A stretch of DNA of 24,409 bases. Source: an uncultured Elusimicrobia bacterium (GTDB taxonomy: Bacteria; Elusimicrobiota; Elusimicrobia; 2-02-FULL-39-32). The translations under genes were made by a program, and so were the position numbers. Shown one piece after another: positions 7,122 to 16,829 of the stretch. The first letter of the stretch is position 1, and each line of letters starts with the position of its first letter. The stretch covers positions 1-24,409 of the forward strand of contig CAYHWZ010000001.1 of the NCBI GenBank assembly GCA_964359975.1. The letters run 5' to 3'. The notes beneath the pieces were generated by a model. The model was not told the origin of the DNA, did no database searches, and worked only from the letters and a program-made list of their open reading frames with translations.

Positions 7122-7880
7122 TTAACGGGTTTTCGGTTTGAAAATCCCGGCTTCAACAATGCCCAGCTTGGCGAGATAATACTGGCCCAGCACCACCAAC
7201 GCTTCCAGTCCGTACTGTGTGCTCCGCCGGAAATTGATGCTGGACGCTTCCGCAAAATATTTGGCAGGGACCGGCACATCGCCCATACGCAGTTTGTGAT
7301 ACGCGCACTGGATTAAAAACTGCTGGTCAAATACAAAATCGTCCGAATTGGTTTCCCACCGGATAGTCTCCAGCGTCTTGCGGTTGTACGCGCGCATACC
7401 GGAATGGAACTCTCCCAGATTCTGTCCGAGCAAAAAATTTTCCATCAAAGTCAGGCCGCGGTTCGCGATATATTTGTATGCGGGCATTCCTCCGGACAGA
7501 GCTTCGTCGCGCGTGCGGATACGGTTGCCGAGCATCACGTCGCACACGCCCAGTTCAATGGGCAGTATCAGCGCAGGTATCAGACGTCCGTCGTACTGGT
7601 AGTCGGGATGGATCATCACTACGATTTCCGCGCCCATTTCCAGCGCGCTGCGGTAACAGGTCTTCTGATTTCCGCCGTACCCGATATTTTTTTCGTGCGA
7701 CACAACTTTCAGGCCGAGTTCGCGCGCGCGGGCCACGGTCTTGTCGCGCGACGCGTCGTCAACGAGCAGTATTTCAGCGTTCAGACTTTTGGGAATAGAA
7801 TCCACGGTCGCCTTCAGGGTTTTTTCCGCGTTGTATGCGGGCATGACCACAACGATTTTAGGATGTTTGTTCTCAGTCAT
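7122..7880 (-). CDS. GT2 glycosyltransferase (polyprenol-phosphate sugar synthase-like)
   Basis: VVVMPAYNAEK, LVDDASRD, NIGYGGNQK, IHPDYQY, GSGMRAY-like SGMRAY, FVFD; start set at MTENKH (7880), giving an ATGA overlap with the upstream stop. Confidence 0.92.
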   Translation of the reverse strand: MTENKHPKIVVVMPAYNAEKTLKATVDSIPKSLNAEILLVDDASRDKTVARARELGLKVVSHEKNIGYGGNQKTCYRSALEMGAEIVVMIHPDYQYDGRLIPALILPIELGVCDVMLGNRIRTRDEALSGGMPAYKYIANRGLTLMENFLLGQNLGEFHSGMRAYNRKTLETIRWETNSDDFVFDQQFLIQCAYHKLRMGDVPVPAKYFAEASSINFRRSTQYGLEALVVLGQYYLAKLGIVEAGIFKPKTR

Positions 7881-9379
7881 TGAAAGAGGTCCTTTAACTG
7901 AAGCGTTCGCAGTTTCTCTCCGAAAGTACGGCGGTTTTCGGCTTTCAGCGGCGCTATCCAGGTCAATGTTTTCTGCGTTTGCGGCGGCGTATTCTTGCGC
8001 CACATCTCTGTTTCTGCGGACCCGTCGTTCACCGCGTATATTGCATAACCCTTCTGCGATACAGTTTCCATCTGCGCCGCCGACGGCAGATACGGGTACG
8101 CAATGATACTGTCCGTAAAAAACATGGTCTCAATATAGTGCGGACTGTTGAAAAGCACAGCGCGCGCGTTTCCTATTGGTGAAACAAATTCAGTGATATG
8201 TTTTTCCTCCACAGCAAAAAGTCCCGTCCCGATCTGGATCATTTTCTCTCCTGTCACGCGGACTGTCAGTATCAGTCCGGCAATCAGCGCCGCCTTCAGT
8301 ATTGTCCGCCGTGCTCCGACAGTCTTCCGGGCATTTTCCCTCAGCCACACGGCTGCCGAAGCCATTGAAATGAACAATGCCGGCGCGCAATAGTTGACCA
8401 GTGTGGAAATCCGAGTGCGCGCCGCAGAAAAAATCATGTACGGCGCCAAAAACCACAACAACACTATCCAGCGGTTATCCGAACGGTTTTTATACAAAAA
8501 ATAGAGCATAAATGGAAGCGCAAAAAGCGCAAACTCGCCGTAATCGCGCGGTATGTTCTTGAAATGGTAGAGCCAGTCGTCCGGTCTGTCGCCCATCTGC
8601 GCTGTAAAAAAGTGGCCCCACTGCACAGACTCCGCCGCGCGGAATTCCGCCGGCCATTGGTGCGCCGAATATAACCGCCACGGCAGAAATACACAGAACG
8701 CGGACGCAAGTATGATGGCGGACTTTGCAAAATGGTCACGGTTCCGGTACTTGTCAAATATTGCCAGCGAAATAAAAAGTCCCCACGATAAAAGCGCGGG
8801 ATACGATTTCGATAAAAGACCCAGTCCAATCAAAATGCCGGACAAAACATACAGCGCAGGTTTGCGGTTCTGCAGCGCGGCCAGCCACGACCAGACGGAA
8901 AATTCCACAAAGAAAAAAAGCGAGTTGTCCACGTTGTCCATGCCGTACGTACCGGAATTGAAAATGAGCAGATGTCCGGACAGCGTGTGGAAAGCCGCAG
9001 CCGCCAGCGCAGTTTTTTCATCGAAAAGCTGGCGCGCAATCAAAAAAGTCAGTAGAATCGAAAGTGTGCCGAACACAAAACACGGCAGCCGGTACGACCA
9101 CGGACGCACGCCGAAAAGTTTCATGCACGCGCCGCCCAGCCACAGTCCCAGCGGGGGTTTGTGCAGCCAGACATGGTTGCCCTGCCAGTTGGCCGCGTCA
9201 TAGCCCGGCAAAGGGTCGGTGTAGAGCATCGGCACCCACGACTTTTGCGCGATATTCTTGGCAACAAGCGCGTGGAACCGTTCGTCCCATTGATGCAGGT
9301 TGGGCTGTGCAATGCCCCAAAGACGGAGCGCCGCGCCCGCAATCATAATTGCCGCCAGCCACGCGCGCGGAGATTTCAT
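7877..9379 (-). CDS. GT-C fold membrane glycosyltransferase (ArnT/GT83-like)
   Basis: LHQWDERFH, WLHKPPLGLW, PWSYRLP, GLGLLSK motifs; polytopic. Confidence 0.9.
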   Translation of the reverse strand: MKSPRAWLAAIMIAGAALRLWGIAQPNLHQWDERFHALVAKNIAQKSWVPMLYTDPLPGYDAANWQGNHVWLHKPPLGLWLGGACMKLFGVRPWSYRLPCFVFGTLSILLTFLIARQLFDEKTALAAAAFHTLSGHLLIFNSGTYGMDNVDNSLFFFVEFSVWSWLAALQNRKPALYVLSGILIGLGLLSKSYPALLSWGLFISLAIFDKYRNRDHFAKSAIILASAFCVFLPWRLYSAHQWPAEFRAAESVQWGHFFTAQMGDRPDDWLYHFKNIPRDYGEFALFALPFMLYFLYKNRSDNRWIVLLWFLAPYMIFSAARTRISTLVNYCAPALFISMASAAVWLRENARKTVGARRTILKAALIAGLILTVRVTGEKMIQIGTGLFAVEEKHITEFVSPIGNARAVLFNSPHYIETMFFTDSIIAYPYLPSAAQMETVSQKGYAIYAVNDGSAETEMWRKNTPPQTQKTLTWIAPLKAENRRTFGEKLRTLQLKDLFQ

Positions 9380-11091
9380 TTTTTGAGAAATGTCACCATC
9401 AGGCCTGCGGCCTCCTGCACCGAAACCGCTTTTCCCGGAATCTCAGGTCCCGGCATGTGCGCGCCGATATAAACGTACCGGTCCAGCGCGCGGACATGTT
9501 CCGTATACGTCGGGTACCGGTCCGGTCCGCTCGACGGTGCGATTATCACCCGTTCGTCCGTCAAGAGAGTCACATAATATGCGGTCCAGTAGTCGGCATA
9601 TCCGCCGTCCGCGCTGTTTTCCAGCAGGATTTTGGCGGTCTGTTCATAAGGATTCAACAATTCGCGCGTCTGCCATTTCCGCACATTGGCCGTGACCTGG
9701 GCCGTCAGGAGCAAAAGCAAAAGCATGATGCCCGCAATTTTGTTCCGCACAAAAATATCTTTTAAAATCTAGACGATGCCGAGCGGCAGACAGAAATACA
9801 GCGGCACCATGTACCGCAGAGACGAAACGTCCGCCAGCTGGTTGCAGAACGTGCCGAGCGCAATCGTGCAAACCGCCAGACTCAGCAGCGTAAATTCCGC
9901 AGGCAGAGGTTTGTCCTGCAAAATGCGTTCCCGGACAGCGCGGAACCATTTCCAAAATAGAACTGCAAATCCCGCGCTTACTGCCAAAGTTCCGGTGATA
10001 CCCAAAGATTTTACGTCAGTTTCACCCGCCATCCTGGGAATCATTTCAGTCACAGTCATCCTGAAATTCTGCAGAAACACCGGCAGAGATACGAATCCTC
10101 CGGGCGAAGCAGGCGGACGTCCGATAAAATATCCGATTATCGCTGGCAAATACCCGATGAGAAATCCCTGCGCCGCATGTTTGACCGGAGGCATGCCCCA
10201 CAGCGCAAAAATTTGCTGACGGATAAACTTGTGACCCGCGATTACAAAAACCGCGCCGCCCATCAGCAGACTGGATTTGAATATCGGCCAGAAATAAAGT
10301 TTGATTGTCTTGCTGTGCACGGTAAAAATCCAGTCGCCATACAGCCAGAGTACCAGCGCCACTGCAAGATTAGCGCAGTTGTACAGGTTGACCGCCGCGA
10401 GCAGGTACCGGAGCGGAACCGGTACCGGAGCATTTTGCAGGAGCACGAACTCGCGCCATATTTTTTCACGCGAAAATTGTCTCAGCCGGTTCTTAATATC
10501 AGTCCACTGTTCCGGACCTGTCCGTGCGATGAAAAAATGCAAGGCAATGGCCGCCCAAAACAGCGCAATCAGACGGAAATAGTACCAGGAAAAACCCGCC
10601 ACCAGTCCGAATGCGAAAAGCAGTCCGCGATTGCGCGCGCCGTGGGAAATACGCTTCGCCAGCAAAAAGTGCGCCAACCCCAGATTCATTACCAGTATAT
10701 AGTTGTAAGTGGAAAAAGTGATGGACTGGAACGCGGGCGGCGCAAGCGCGAGAATCAGCGTGGAAACCGCCGCAGTCTTTTCATCCGTTATCGCCCGCAG
10801 ATAAAAAAAGTATCCGGTAATCAGTGTAAGCGAAAAAAACAGCGGCAGACAATGCATGACGCACGGAGTCGCGCCCCAAATGCGGAACAGCGGCATCAGC
10901 AATAGCGGGTCGAGCGAACCATAGTACCCTTCGCCCCAATAATAAGGAGCAAATTCTCCGCGCAAAAAATGTTTTGCCATCAGCCCGAGAATCGCCGTAT
11001 CCGAACTGAAAAAAATGTCCCAATAAACCACATACGGGACCCTGATTAAAAACCCCGCGGTCAAAAGCGTGCCCAGCAATAGCGCAGTCAT
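9376..11091 (-). pseudogene. GT-C-like membrane glycosyltransferase interrupted by an in-frame TAG at 9769-9771
   Basis: ORFs 9769..11091 (FSSDTAILGLMAKH, YYWGEGYYGSLDP) and 9376..9750 (GYADYWTAYY...DRYPTY) share a frame and are joined by ATT TTA AAA GAT ATT TTT: ...LPLGIV*ILKDIFVRNKIAGIMLLLL...; 571 aa if read through. Confidence 0.7.
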
Positions 11092-11150
11092 ATAGAGCGC
11101 ACCTTGGGAGGTTCAGACATCCGTCCGTCCGTTATTTGCACCGGCATGAG

Positions 11151-11459
11151 TTACGCGGCGCGGGAATGCAGTACATGCACCTCGCGTTTAAGACGGTCGG
11201 CCAGGCGCGCTTCTTCCCGCTCCAAATCAAAGTGCGACTGCAAATTAAGCCAAAACTGCGGCGAATTGCGGAAATAGCACCCCAAACGCAAAGCAGTGTC
11301 CGCGGAAATGGCTCTTTGACCGTGCACAATCTCGTTTATCCTGCGCGGAGGCACGCTGATATCTTTGGCCAGTCTGTATTGGCTGATTTCAAGCGGTTTC
11401 AGGAAATCATCCATCAGTATTTCGCCCGGGTGAACAGGCGCCATCTTCTTTGTTCTCAT
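11151..11459 (-). CDS. higA: HigA-family HTH antitoxin
   Basis: PVHPGEIL.DDFLKPLEISQYRLAKDISVPPRRINEIVHGQRAISADTALRL...FWLNLQ; ATG at 11459 with RBS AGGAGA. Confidence 0.93.
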   Translation of the reverse strand: MRTKKMAPVHPGEILMDDFLKPLEISQYRLAKDISVPPRRINEIVHGQRAISADTALRLGCYFRNSPQFWLNLQSHFDLEREEARLADRLKREVHVLHSRAA

Positions 11460-11470
11460 TTTATTCTCCT

Positions 11471-11752
11471 TCAATGGTAATCCACAATCTCAACATCGTG
11501 CGCCTGTCCGTCTTCCCACCGGAAGCAGATGCGCCATTGCTGATTTATCCGGATGCTGTGCCGGCCTTTGCGGCTGCCGGACAGCGCTTCAAGCCGGTTG
11601 CCGGGCGGGACTCTGAGGTCATTTAACCCGGTTGCTGCGTCGAGTATTAGCAGTTTCCGCAAAGCAGTCCTCTGGATGTTGTCCGGCAGTCTGCGGGAAA
11701 AGTTTCTCTGAAAAACCGCCGCGGCCTCCTGGTCTCTGAATGAACGGATCAT
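11471..11752 (-). CDS. higB: HigB (RelE/ParE-family) toxin
   Basis: MIRSFRD...RKLLILDAAT.LNDLRVPPGNRLEALSG.RKGRHSIRINQQWRICFRW...VEIVDYH; start at 11752. Confidence 0.93.
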   Translation of the reverse strand: MIRSFRDQEAAAVFQRNFSRRLPDNIQRTALRKLLILDAATGLNDLRVPPGNRLEALSGSRKGRHSIRINQQWRICFRWEDGQAHDVEIVDYH

Positions 11753-11758
11753 GTCCCG

Positions 11759-11787
11759 ATAATAACACATGGCGTTAATAATGTCAA
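11759..11787 (-). promoter_or_regulatory. sigma70-type promoter of higBA (probably a leaderless mRNA)
   Basis: TTGACA-17 bp-TATTAT, 6 nt before the higB ATG; no RBS. Confidence 0.75.
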
Positions 11788-11843
11788 GTGTTATCATCCG
11801 GGGCCGACCTGTCCGTGCTCTTTCCGGTTTTTGCGCCTAACGT

Positions 11844-11872
11844 TTGACGATGCACACGTTCCATGCTATAAT
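11844..11872 (+). promoter_or_regulatory. Near-consensus promoter of the NCS1-hydA operon
   Basis: TTGACG-17 bp-TATAAT with extended -10 TG. Confidence 0.8.
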
Positions 11873-11896
11873 TAAACGCTACATAAAACTATCAAA

Positions 11897-13381
11897 ATGA
11901 ATTCCAACGAAGTTAAAGTGGTCAACGGTATCCATGAACTTACCGCGGACCTTTCGAACTCGCCTTATTGGAACGCGGACATAGCGCCCACGACGGTGGA
12001 TTCGCGCAAATGGGGCACGAAAGATATTGCCGCGCTCTGGATTTCCATGTCCGCATGTGTGCCCACCTATATGCTTGCCTCGTCTCTTATCGCCGAAGGA
12101 ATGAACTGGTGGCAGGCCGTGCTCACTATTTTTCTCGGCAACACAATTGTACTGATTCCCATGGTCTTGAACGCTCATGCGGGCACCAAATACGGGATTC
12201 CGTTTCCGGTCTATTGCCGTTCATCGTTCGGTCTTTTGGGCGCGAATATACCGGCTTTGCTCCGCGCTCTCGTGGCTTGCGGATGGTTCGGTATTCAGGC
12301 GTGGATTGGCGGTTGGGCGATTTACAAGATTCTGACGATTTATTATCCGGCGTGGGAATCTCTGCCCGCTTCGTTCATGGGCATCAACGCGGCTCAGCTC
12401 ATCTGTTTCCTGTTTTTCTGGAGCATCAACATGTTTGTGATTTATAAGGGAATCGAGTCCATCCGCATTTTGCTGAATATCAAAGCGCCCCTGCTGATCG
12501 TGCTCGGACTGGCGCTGCTTGCCTGGGCATATCAGAACGCGGGCGGGTTCGGGCCCATGCTTTCACAGCCGTCAGCATTTGAAATCGGCGGTGCGAAAGA
12601 AGGACAGTTCTGGAAATATTTTTTCCCGTCGCTGACAGCCATGATAGGGTTCTGGGCCACACTTTCCCTCAACATTCCGGATTTCACGCGTTATGCTTAT
12701 TCACAGCGCGACCAGATGATGGGTCAGGCGCTCGGTCTGCCGACCACAATGGGTCTTTACTCTTTTATCGGCGTGGCAGTGACATCGGCGACAGTGGTGA
12801 TTTTCGGCGAGTCCATCTGGGACCCTGTGGTGCTGGTCACCAAGTTTAAGAATCCGGTGGTGCTTGCCGTCTCGCTTTTTGCCTTGTGTCTGGCAACGCT
12901 GGCAACCAATATCGCTGCCAATGTAGTGAGTCCTGCCAACGATTTCGCGCACCTTTGGCCGCAAAAAATCACTTTCCGTATCGGCGGTCTCATTACGGGT
13001 ATTATCGGTATTCTCATCCAGCCGTGGAAACTGGTCTCGGATCCGACCGGATACATTTTTACCTGGCTGGTGGGCTATTCGTCACTGCTGGGCGCCATCG
13101 GCGGCGTGCTCATCTGCGATTATTTCTTTATCCGGAAAACTGTGCTGGACCTCGGCGCTCTCTATCATAACGGCGAATATTATTACAACCGCGGTTTCAA
13201 TCCCAACGCGGTCATCGCGCTTGTGCTCGGTATTCTGCCGAATGTGCCCGGTTTTCTGGGGACTATCCATGCGATGGATGTGTCGCCGTTCTGGATGAAT
13301 CTGTACAGTTACGCCTGGTTCGTCGGATTTGGGGTATCGTTTGCAGTGTATGCTGTGCTGGGGAGAGTAAAAAATGTCTGA
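11897..13381 (+). CDS. NCS1-family nucleobase/hydantoin/allantoin:cation symporter
   Basis: ALWISMSACVPTY, GTKYGIPFPVYCRSSFG, GWFGIQAWIGG, FWATLSLNIPDFTRY, TNIAANVVSPANDF; about 12 TMs. Confidence 0.93.
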   Translation: MNSNEVKVVNGIHELTADLSNSPYWNADIAPTTVDSRKWGTKDIAALWISMSACVPTYMLASSLIAEGMNWWQAVLTIFLGNTIVLIPMVLNAHAGTKYGIPFPVYCRSSFGLLGANIPALLRALVACGWFGIQAWIGGWAIYKILTIYYPAWESLPASFMGINAAQLICFLFFWSINMFVIYKGIESIRILLNIKAPLLIVLGLALLAWAYQNAGGFGPMLSQPSAFEIGGAKEGQFWKYFFPSLTAMIGFWATLSLNIPDFTRYAYSQRDQMMGQALGLPTTMGLYSFIGVAVTSATVVIFGESIWDPVVLVTKFKNPVVLAVSLFALCLATLATNIAANVVSPANDFAHLWPQKITFRIGGLITGIIGILIQPWKLVSDPTGYIFTWLVGYSSLLGAIGGVLICDYFFIRKTVLDLGALYHNGEYYYNRGFNPNAVIALVLGILPNVPGFLGTIHAMDVSPFWMNLYSYAWFVGFGVSFAVYAVLGRVKNV

Positions 13382-13811
13382 AACAAAAATTTCGCCGAAA
13401 GAAAAAACTGTTCTGATCGTGGACGATGACGAAGGAATCTGCACCTTTCTCCGTGTCCTGCTGGAAAAGGAAGGGTTCAATACCGAGGTCGCGTACAATG
13501 GCGATGCGGCCATCAAAAAAGTTGACGAAAAGAAGATTGATCTTGTTATTCTCGACTGGATGATGCCCATACTGAGCGGATTCGAAGTGCTGAAAATGCT
13601 GCAGACCGACGATCACCGCGGTATCCCTGTCATTGTCATCACAGCCCGCGTCGCGGACCGCAAGACTGTGGACATGATAAAACAGGAAATGAACGTAGCC
13701 GAGTTCATGCCAAAACCCATCAAGCACGCTGTGTTCCTCAACCGTCTGCACCAACTGCTGAACACTATCTCGCCGGAAGAACAAAAACTGCAGGGCAGGA
13801 ACTTTTTCTAA
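13374..13811 (+). CDS. Single-domain (receiver-only) response regulator
   Basis: LIVDDD, ILDWMMP (phospho-acceptor Asp), ITAR, MPKP; no output domain. Confidence 0.9.
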   Translation: MSETKISPKEKTVLIVDDDEGICTFLRVLLEKEGFNTEVAYNGDAAIKKVDEKKIDLVILDWMMPILSGFEVLKMLQTDDHRGIPVIVITARVADRKTVDMIKQEMNVAEFMPKPIKHAVFLNRLHQLLNTISPEEQKLQGRNFF

Positions 13812-13818
13812 ACTTTTC

Positions 13819-14328
13819 GTGGAACAAACGCCCGTTTCTCAGACGACTGTCAACCCGCCGGCGGCACGGAAGGGGAACTGGATGCGTTATCTGGTTTACA
13901 CGGTAATCACGGCGGGCGTGCTCTACGGAATGATTTATGCGGACGTGGTTTCCCGAGCGCGCGAATCCTATCTCGAAGGGGAAAAGTATTCCCGCTGGCA
14001 CGAACATCCCGAAGAAAAGCAGACCGCGCTCAACGCCAAATTTGAGTCGGAAAAAGCCGCGCTCGACAAAAAAAATGCCGCAGGAAAAATGGACAAGGAC
14101 GAATATGACCGCCAACTCGAAATACTCCAGTTCGACCGCGACCGCAATCTTGAAGAATCGTCCATCAAGTACGCCTACGTCTGGTACAAGACCGCATACG
14201 AACTCTTTTCGCCGCCGGAATCCAAGTGGGTGAAACTTTCCCGCGAAAAGGCCGCCGCGGCCAAAGAAAAATGGAAAGACGAGCTCCGCGCGAAAAAAAT
14301 CCCTTTTGAAGAATATATGCTGGACTGA
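13819..14328 (+). CDS. Hypothetical single-TM, helical charged protein
   Basis: One TM (YLVYTVITAGVLYGMIY) then a K/E-rich helical domain; GTG start; lies tightly between operon genes with host-like codon usage. Confidence 0.75.
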   Translation: MEQTPVSQTTVNPPAARKGNWMRYLVYTVITAGVLYGMIYADVVSRARESYLEGEKYSRWHEHPEEKQTALNAKFESEKAALDKKNAAGKMDKDEYDRQLEILQFDRDRNLEESSIKYAYVWYKTAYELFSPPESKWVKLSREKAAAAKEKWKDELRAKKIPFEEYMLD

Positions 14329-14342
14329 TTGAGGAGGAGCAC

Positions 14343-15812
14343 ATGTCATACGACCTTATTGTAAAAAACGGGACTATCTACACGGCGAGTGAAACTTTTA
14401 CCGGCAATATAGCGGTGAAAGGCGGCAAAATTGCGGCGCTCGGTATGGACATTCCCGCCGACGGTGCCCGCGTCATTGACGCCAAAGGGCTCCAGATTAT
14501 TCCGGGCAGTATTGACGTGCATGTGCATTGCCAGCTCCCGTTCTGCGGCACTGTTTCGTCGGACGATTTTTATACCGGGACCAAGGCCGCGGCTTGCGGC
14601 GGCGTGACCACCATCATGGACTTTGCAGGTCAAGGACCGCACGACAATCTCATGGCCGGCGTCGAAGCCCGCATTGCCGAAGCTGAACCCAAAGTCGTCA
14701 TTGACTATTCGCTCCATACTATGGTCACCGGATTCAAAAAAATCAAAGACCCGGTCAAAGAGTTCCGGCGTATGCTTGATTTCGGCGTGGCCAGCCACAA
14801 AATGTTCATGATCTACGAACGCGAAGGATGGCAGGCCATGGACGACGATATCTTCGGAGCCATGCTCGCGGCGCAGGAAACCGGCGCCACTATCTGCATG
14901 CACGCGGAATCGGAAAAGGTGATGAACTTTCTCGTCGGATACTATCTTGCGCGCAAGGATAAAGTCGGCGCCTACGGGCATGTGCTCTCGCGGCCCAACT
15001 TTATCGAGGAAGAAGCTATCCAGCGCGCTATCAAGTGGGCCGAAGCCACCGGCGCGCATCTTTATGTGGTGCATATGTCCACTGCAGGCGGAGCACAGCT
15101 TTTCAAAGATGCGCAGGCCAAAGGTCTGAACGTCCATGTGGAAACCTGCCCGCAGTATCTTGTGATGAACGACGATGTTTTCAAAGATAAAAAGAGCGGT
15201 CACTGGTTCGCCACTTGTCCGCAGATTAAAAAGAAAGCGGATAACGACCGGCTCTGGCAGGGTCTCATCGACGGTGAAGTGGCCGTGGTGTCCACGGACA
15301 CCTGCACATTCACCATCAAACAGAAAGCCATGTGGAATGGCGATTTCACCCGTATCCCGTTCGGTATGCCCGGCGTGGAGACGCTCATGCCGTCCATCTA
15401 CACGTTCGGATACAAGCAGAACAAATTCTCGCTCAATCACATGGTCTCGATTCTTTCAACGAATCCGGCCAAACTCATGGGCATGTACCCGAAAAAGGGA
15501 ACCATTGCCGTGGGGTCCGACGCGGACTTTGCCGTTATTGACCCGAACGCGAGCCGCAAAATCGATTACAAAGAGCTCGCGTCCAACTGCGACTGGTCGC
15601 CGTTCCAGGGATGGAAAATGTTCGGGTTCCCCAAATATACCGTGAGCCGCGGCGAAGTGCTCGTGTCCAACGGCAAGTTCGACGAAAAAGTCGGACGCAA
15701 AGGGCGCGGTCAATTCGTCAAGCGCAAACCCTACGGATGGCGCGACCTTGCCCGCCCCTGGTACGTGCCCGAACACAAGTCTCAGGTCGTGGACAAGGTT
15801 TTGGTAAAGTGA
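14343..15812 (+). CDS. hydA: Dihydropyrimidinase / D-hydantoinase
   Basis: PGSIDVHVH, GTKAAACGGVTTIMDF, HKMFM (carbamylated Lys), HAES, SRPNFIEEEA, VVHMS, ETCPQYL, STD, GMPGVET, NPAKLMG.YPKKGTIAVGSDAD; RBS GAGGAG. Confidence 0.9.
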   Translation: MSYDLIVKNGTIYTASETFTGNIAVKGGKIAALGMDIPADGARVIDAKGLQIIPGSIDVHVHCQLPFCGTVSSDDFYTGTKAAACGGVTTIMDFAGQGPHDNLMAGVEARIAEAEPKVVIDYSLHTMVTGFKKIKDPVKEFRRMLDFGVASHKMFMIYEREGWQAMDDDIFGAMLAAQETGATICMHAESEKVMNFLVGYYLARKDKVGAYGHVLSRPNFIEEEAIQRAIKWAEATGAHLYVVHMSTAGGAQLFKDAQAKGLNVHVETCPQYLVMNDDVFKDKKSGHWFATCPQIKKKADNDRLWQGLIDGEVAVVSTDTCTFTIKQKAMWNGDFTRIPFGMPGVETLMPSIYTFGYKQNKFSLNHMVSILSTNPAKLMGMYPKKGTIAVGSDADFAVIDPNASRKIDYKELASNCDWSPFQGWKMFGFPKYTVSRGEVLVSNGKFDEKVGRKGRGQFVKRKPYGWRDLARPWYVPEHKSQVVDKVLVK

Positions 15813-15825
15813 TTTTCTTCAAGAA

Positions 15826-15846
15826 TTCCCCCTTCTCAAGGGGGAA
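15826..15846. repeat. Short intergenic palindrome
   Basis: TTCCCCCTT-CTC-AAGGGGGAA, perfect 9-bp stem. Confidence 0.75.
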
Positions 15847-15875
15847 AGAAAAAGGGGTTGCTGTTTTTGCTGTTA

Positions 15876-16829
15876 ATGCCTAAAACCCCCATTGACGTCG
15901 TCGGAGGATTCCTGGGCGCAGGCAAGACCACGCTGCTCCGGAACATGCTTTCCGCGCCGTCTCTGCCGGAAAAAATCGCGCTCATGATAAACGAAATCGG
16001 CGACGTGGTCGTGGACGCGCAAGTGCTCAAAAAGTCCGGCGGCAACGTGGTGGAACTGCCCAACGGCTGTATCTGCTGCTCGGTTTCCGGCGACTTTGTG
16101 CAGGGTCTGCTCGACCTTAAGAAGGATTATTCGCCTGACCGCATCTTCATCGAACCGACCGGCATTGCCGAACCCGGACGATTACTTTCTGCGCTCTACC
16201 GTCCGCCGCTCGAACCTGAATTCCGCATTGACCCGACGGTGATTGTGATTGACGCGTCGTCTTTCCTGCGCTGTTACAAGGAGCTGGAGTACCTTTACGT
16301 GATGCAGATAAAGACCGCGGACATCATTCTGCTGAACAAAGCGGACCTGGCCACAAAATCTGTCACAGACAAGACGGAAAAAGCCGTGCGCGCGCTCAAT
16401 TCACGTGCCGTTATTCTGCGCACCGAACAGTCCCGCGTGGATTTGTTCAATCTTTTTGAAGGCATCAAACCTGCTGCGCCGTCGTCGATCGCGGCCGGGA
16501 CTAAACTCAAACAGCCGGTCTTTGAATCGTTCAGTTTCAAGTCGAACAGCACATTTTCCCAGGCAAAAATCGAAAAGTTCCTTGACCGGCAGACCGCGAA
16601 TATATTCCGCGTGAAAGGTTTTATCCGCGTCGAGGAAGGAATGAAATTGCTCAACTATACCGCAGGACAGACCGAGTGGGAACCTTTCGAACCAACGGAC
16701 AATCAGACCACGCTCACAGTCATCGGCGCCCGTCTCGTCCGTGACAAATGGATTTCACAGATCAATCAGGCCGTCATCGGCAAAAAAGGAGAATCACATG
16801 CCAAAAGCGAACACATCCTCAACCGTTGA
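15876..16829 (+). CDS. COG0523/CobW-family G3E GTPase (metallochaperone)
   Basis: GGFLGAGKTT (Walker A), ELPNGCICC (CxCC), IEPTG, LNKAD, C-terminal RVKG; no His-rich insert; ATG at 15876 preferred over TTG at 15858. Confidence 0.92.
   Translation: MPKTPIDVVGGFLGAGKTTLLRNMLSAPSLPEKIALMINEIGDVVVDAQVLKKSGGNVVELPNGCICCSVSGDFVQGLLDLKKDYSPDRIFIEPTGIAEPGRLLSALYRPPLEPEFRIDPTVIVIDASSFLRCYKELEYLYVMQIKTADIILLNKADLATKSVTDKTEKAVRALNSRAVILRTEQSRVDLFNLFEGIKPAAPSSIAAGTKLKQPVFESFSFKSNSTFSQAKIEKFLDRQTANIFRVKGFIRVEEGMKLLNYTAGQTEWEPFEPTDNQTTLTVIGARLVRDKWISQINQAVIGKKGESHAKSEHILNR

Noticed and set aside
9769-9771. Genome-wide amber (TAG) recoding
   Set aside because: TAG is the natural stop of Shedu (2545-2547), the 18301 gene (18967-18969) and pyc (22054-22056).
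11088-11120. 10-codon upstream ORF MSEPPKVRSI overlapping the GT-C start (ATGA)
   Set aside because: Too short to tell a leader peptide or frameshifted N-terminus from chance; the ATG at 11091 has its own plausible RBS (AAGGTG).
9802-14552. Other GCGGCAC 7-mers (near 9802, 13862, 14544) as further boundary repeats
   Set aside because: They lie inside coding sequence and lack the flanking A-tract and GTTTC parts of the motif; expected by chance.
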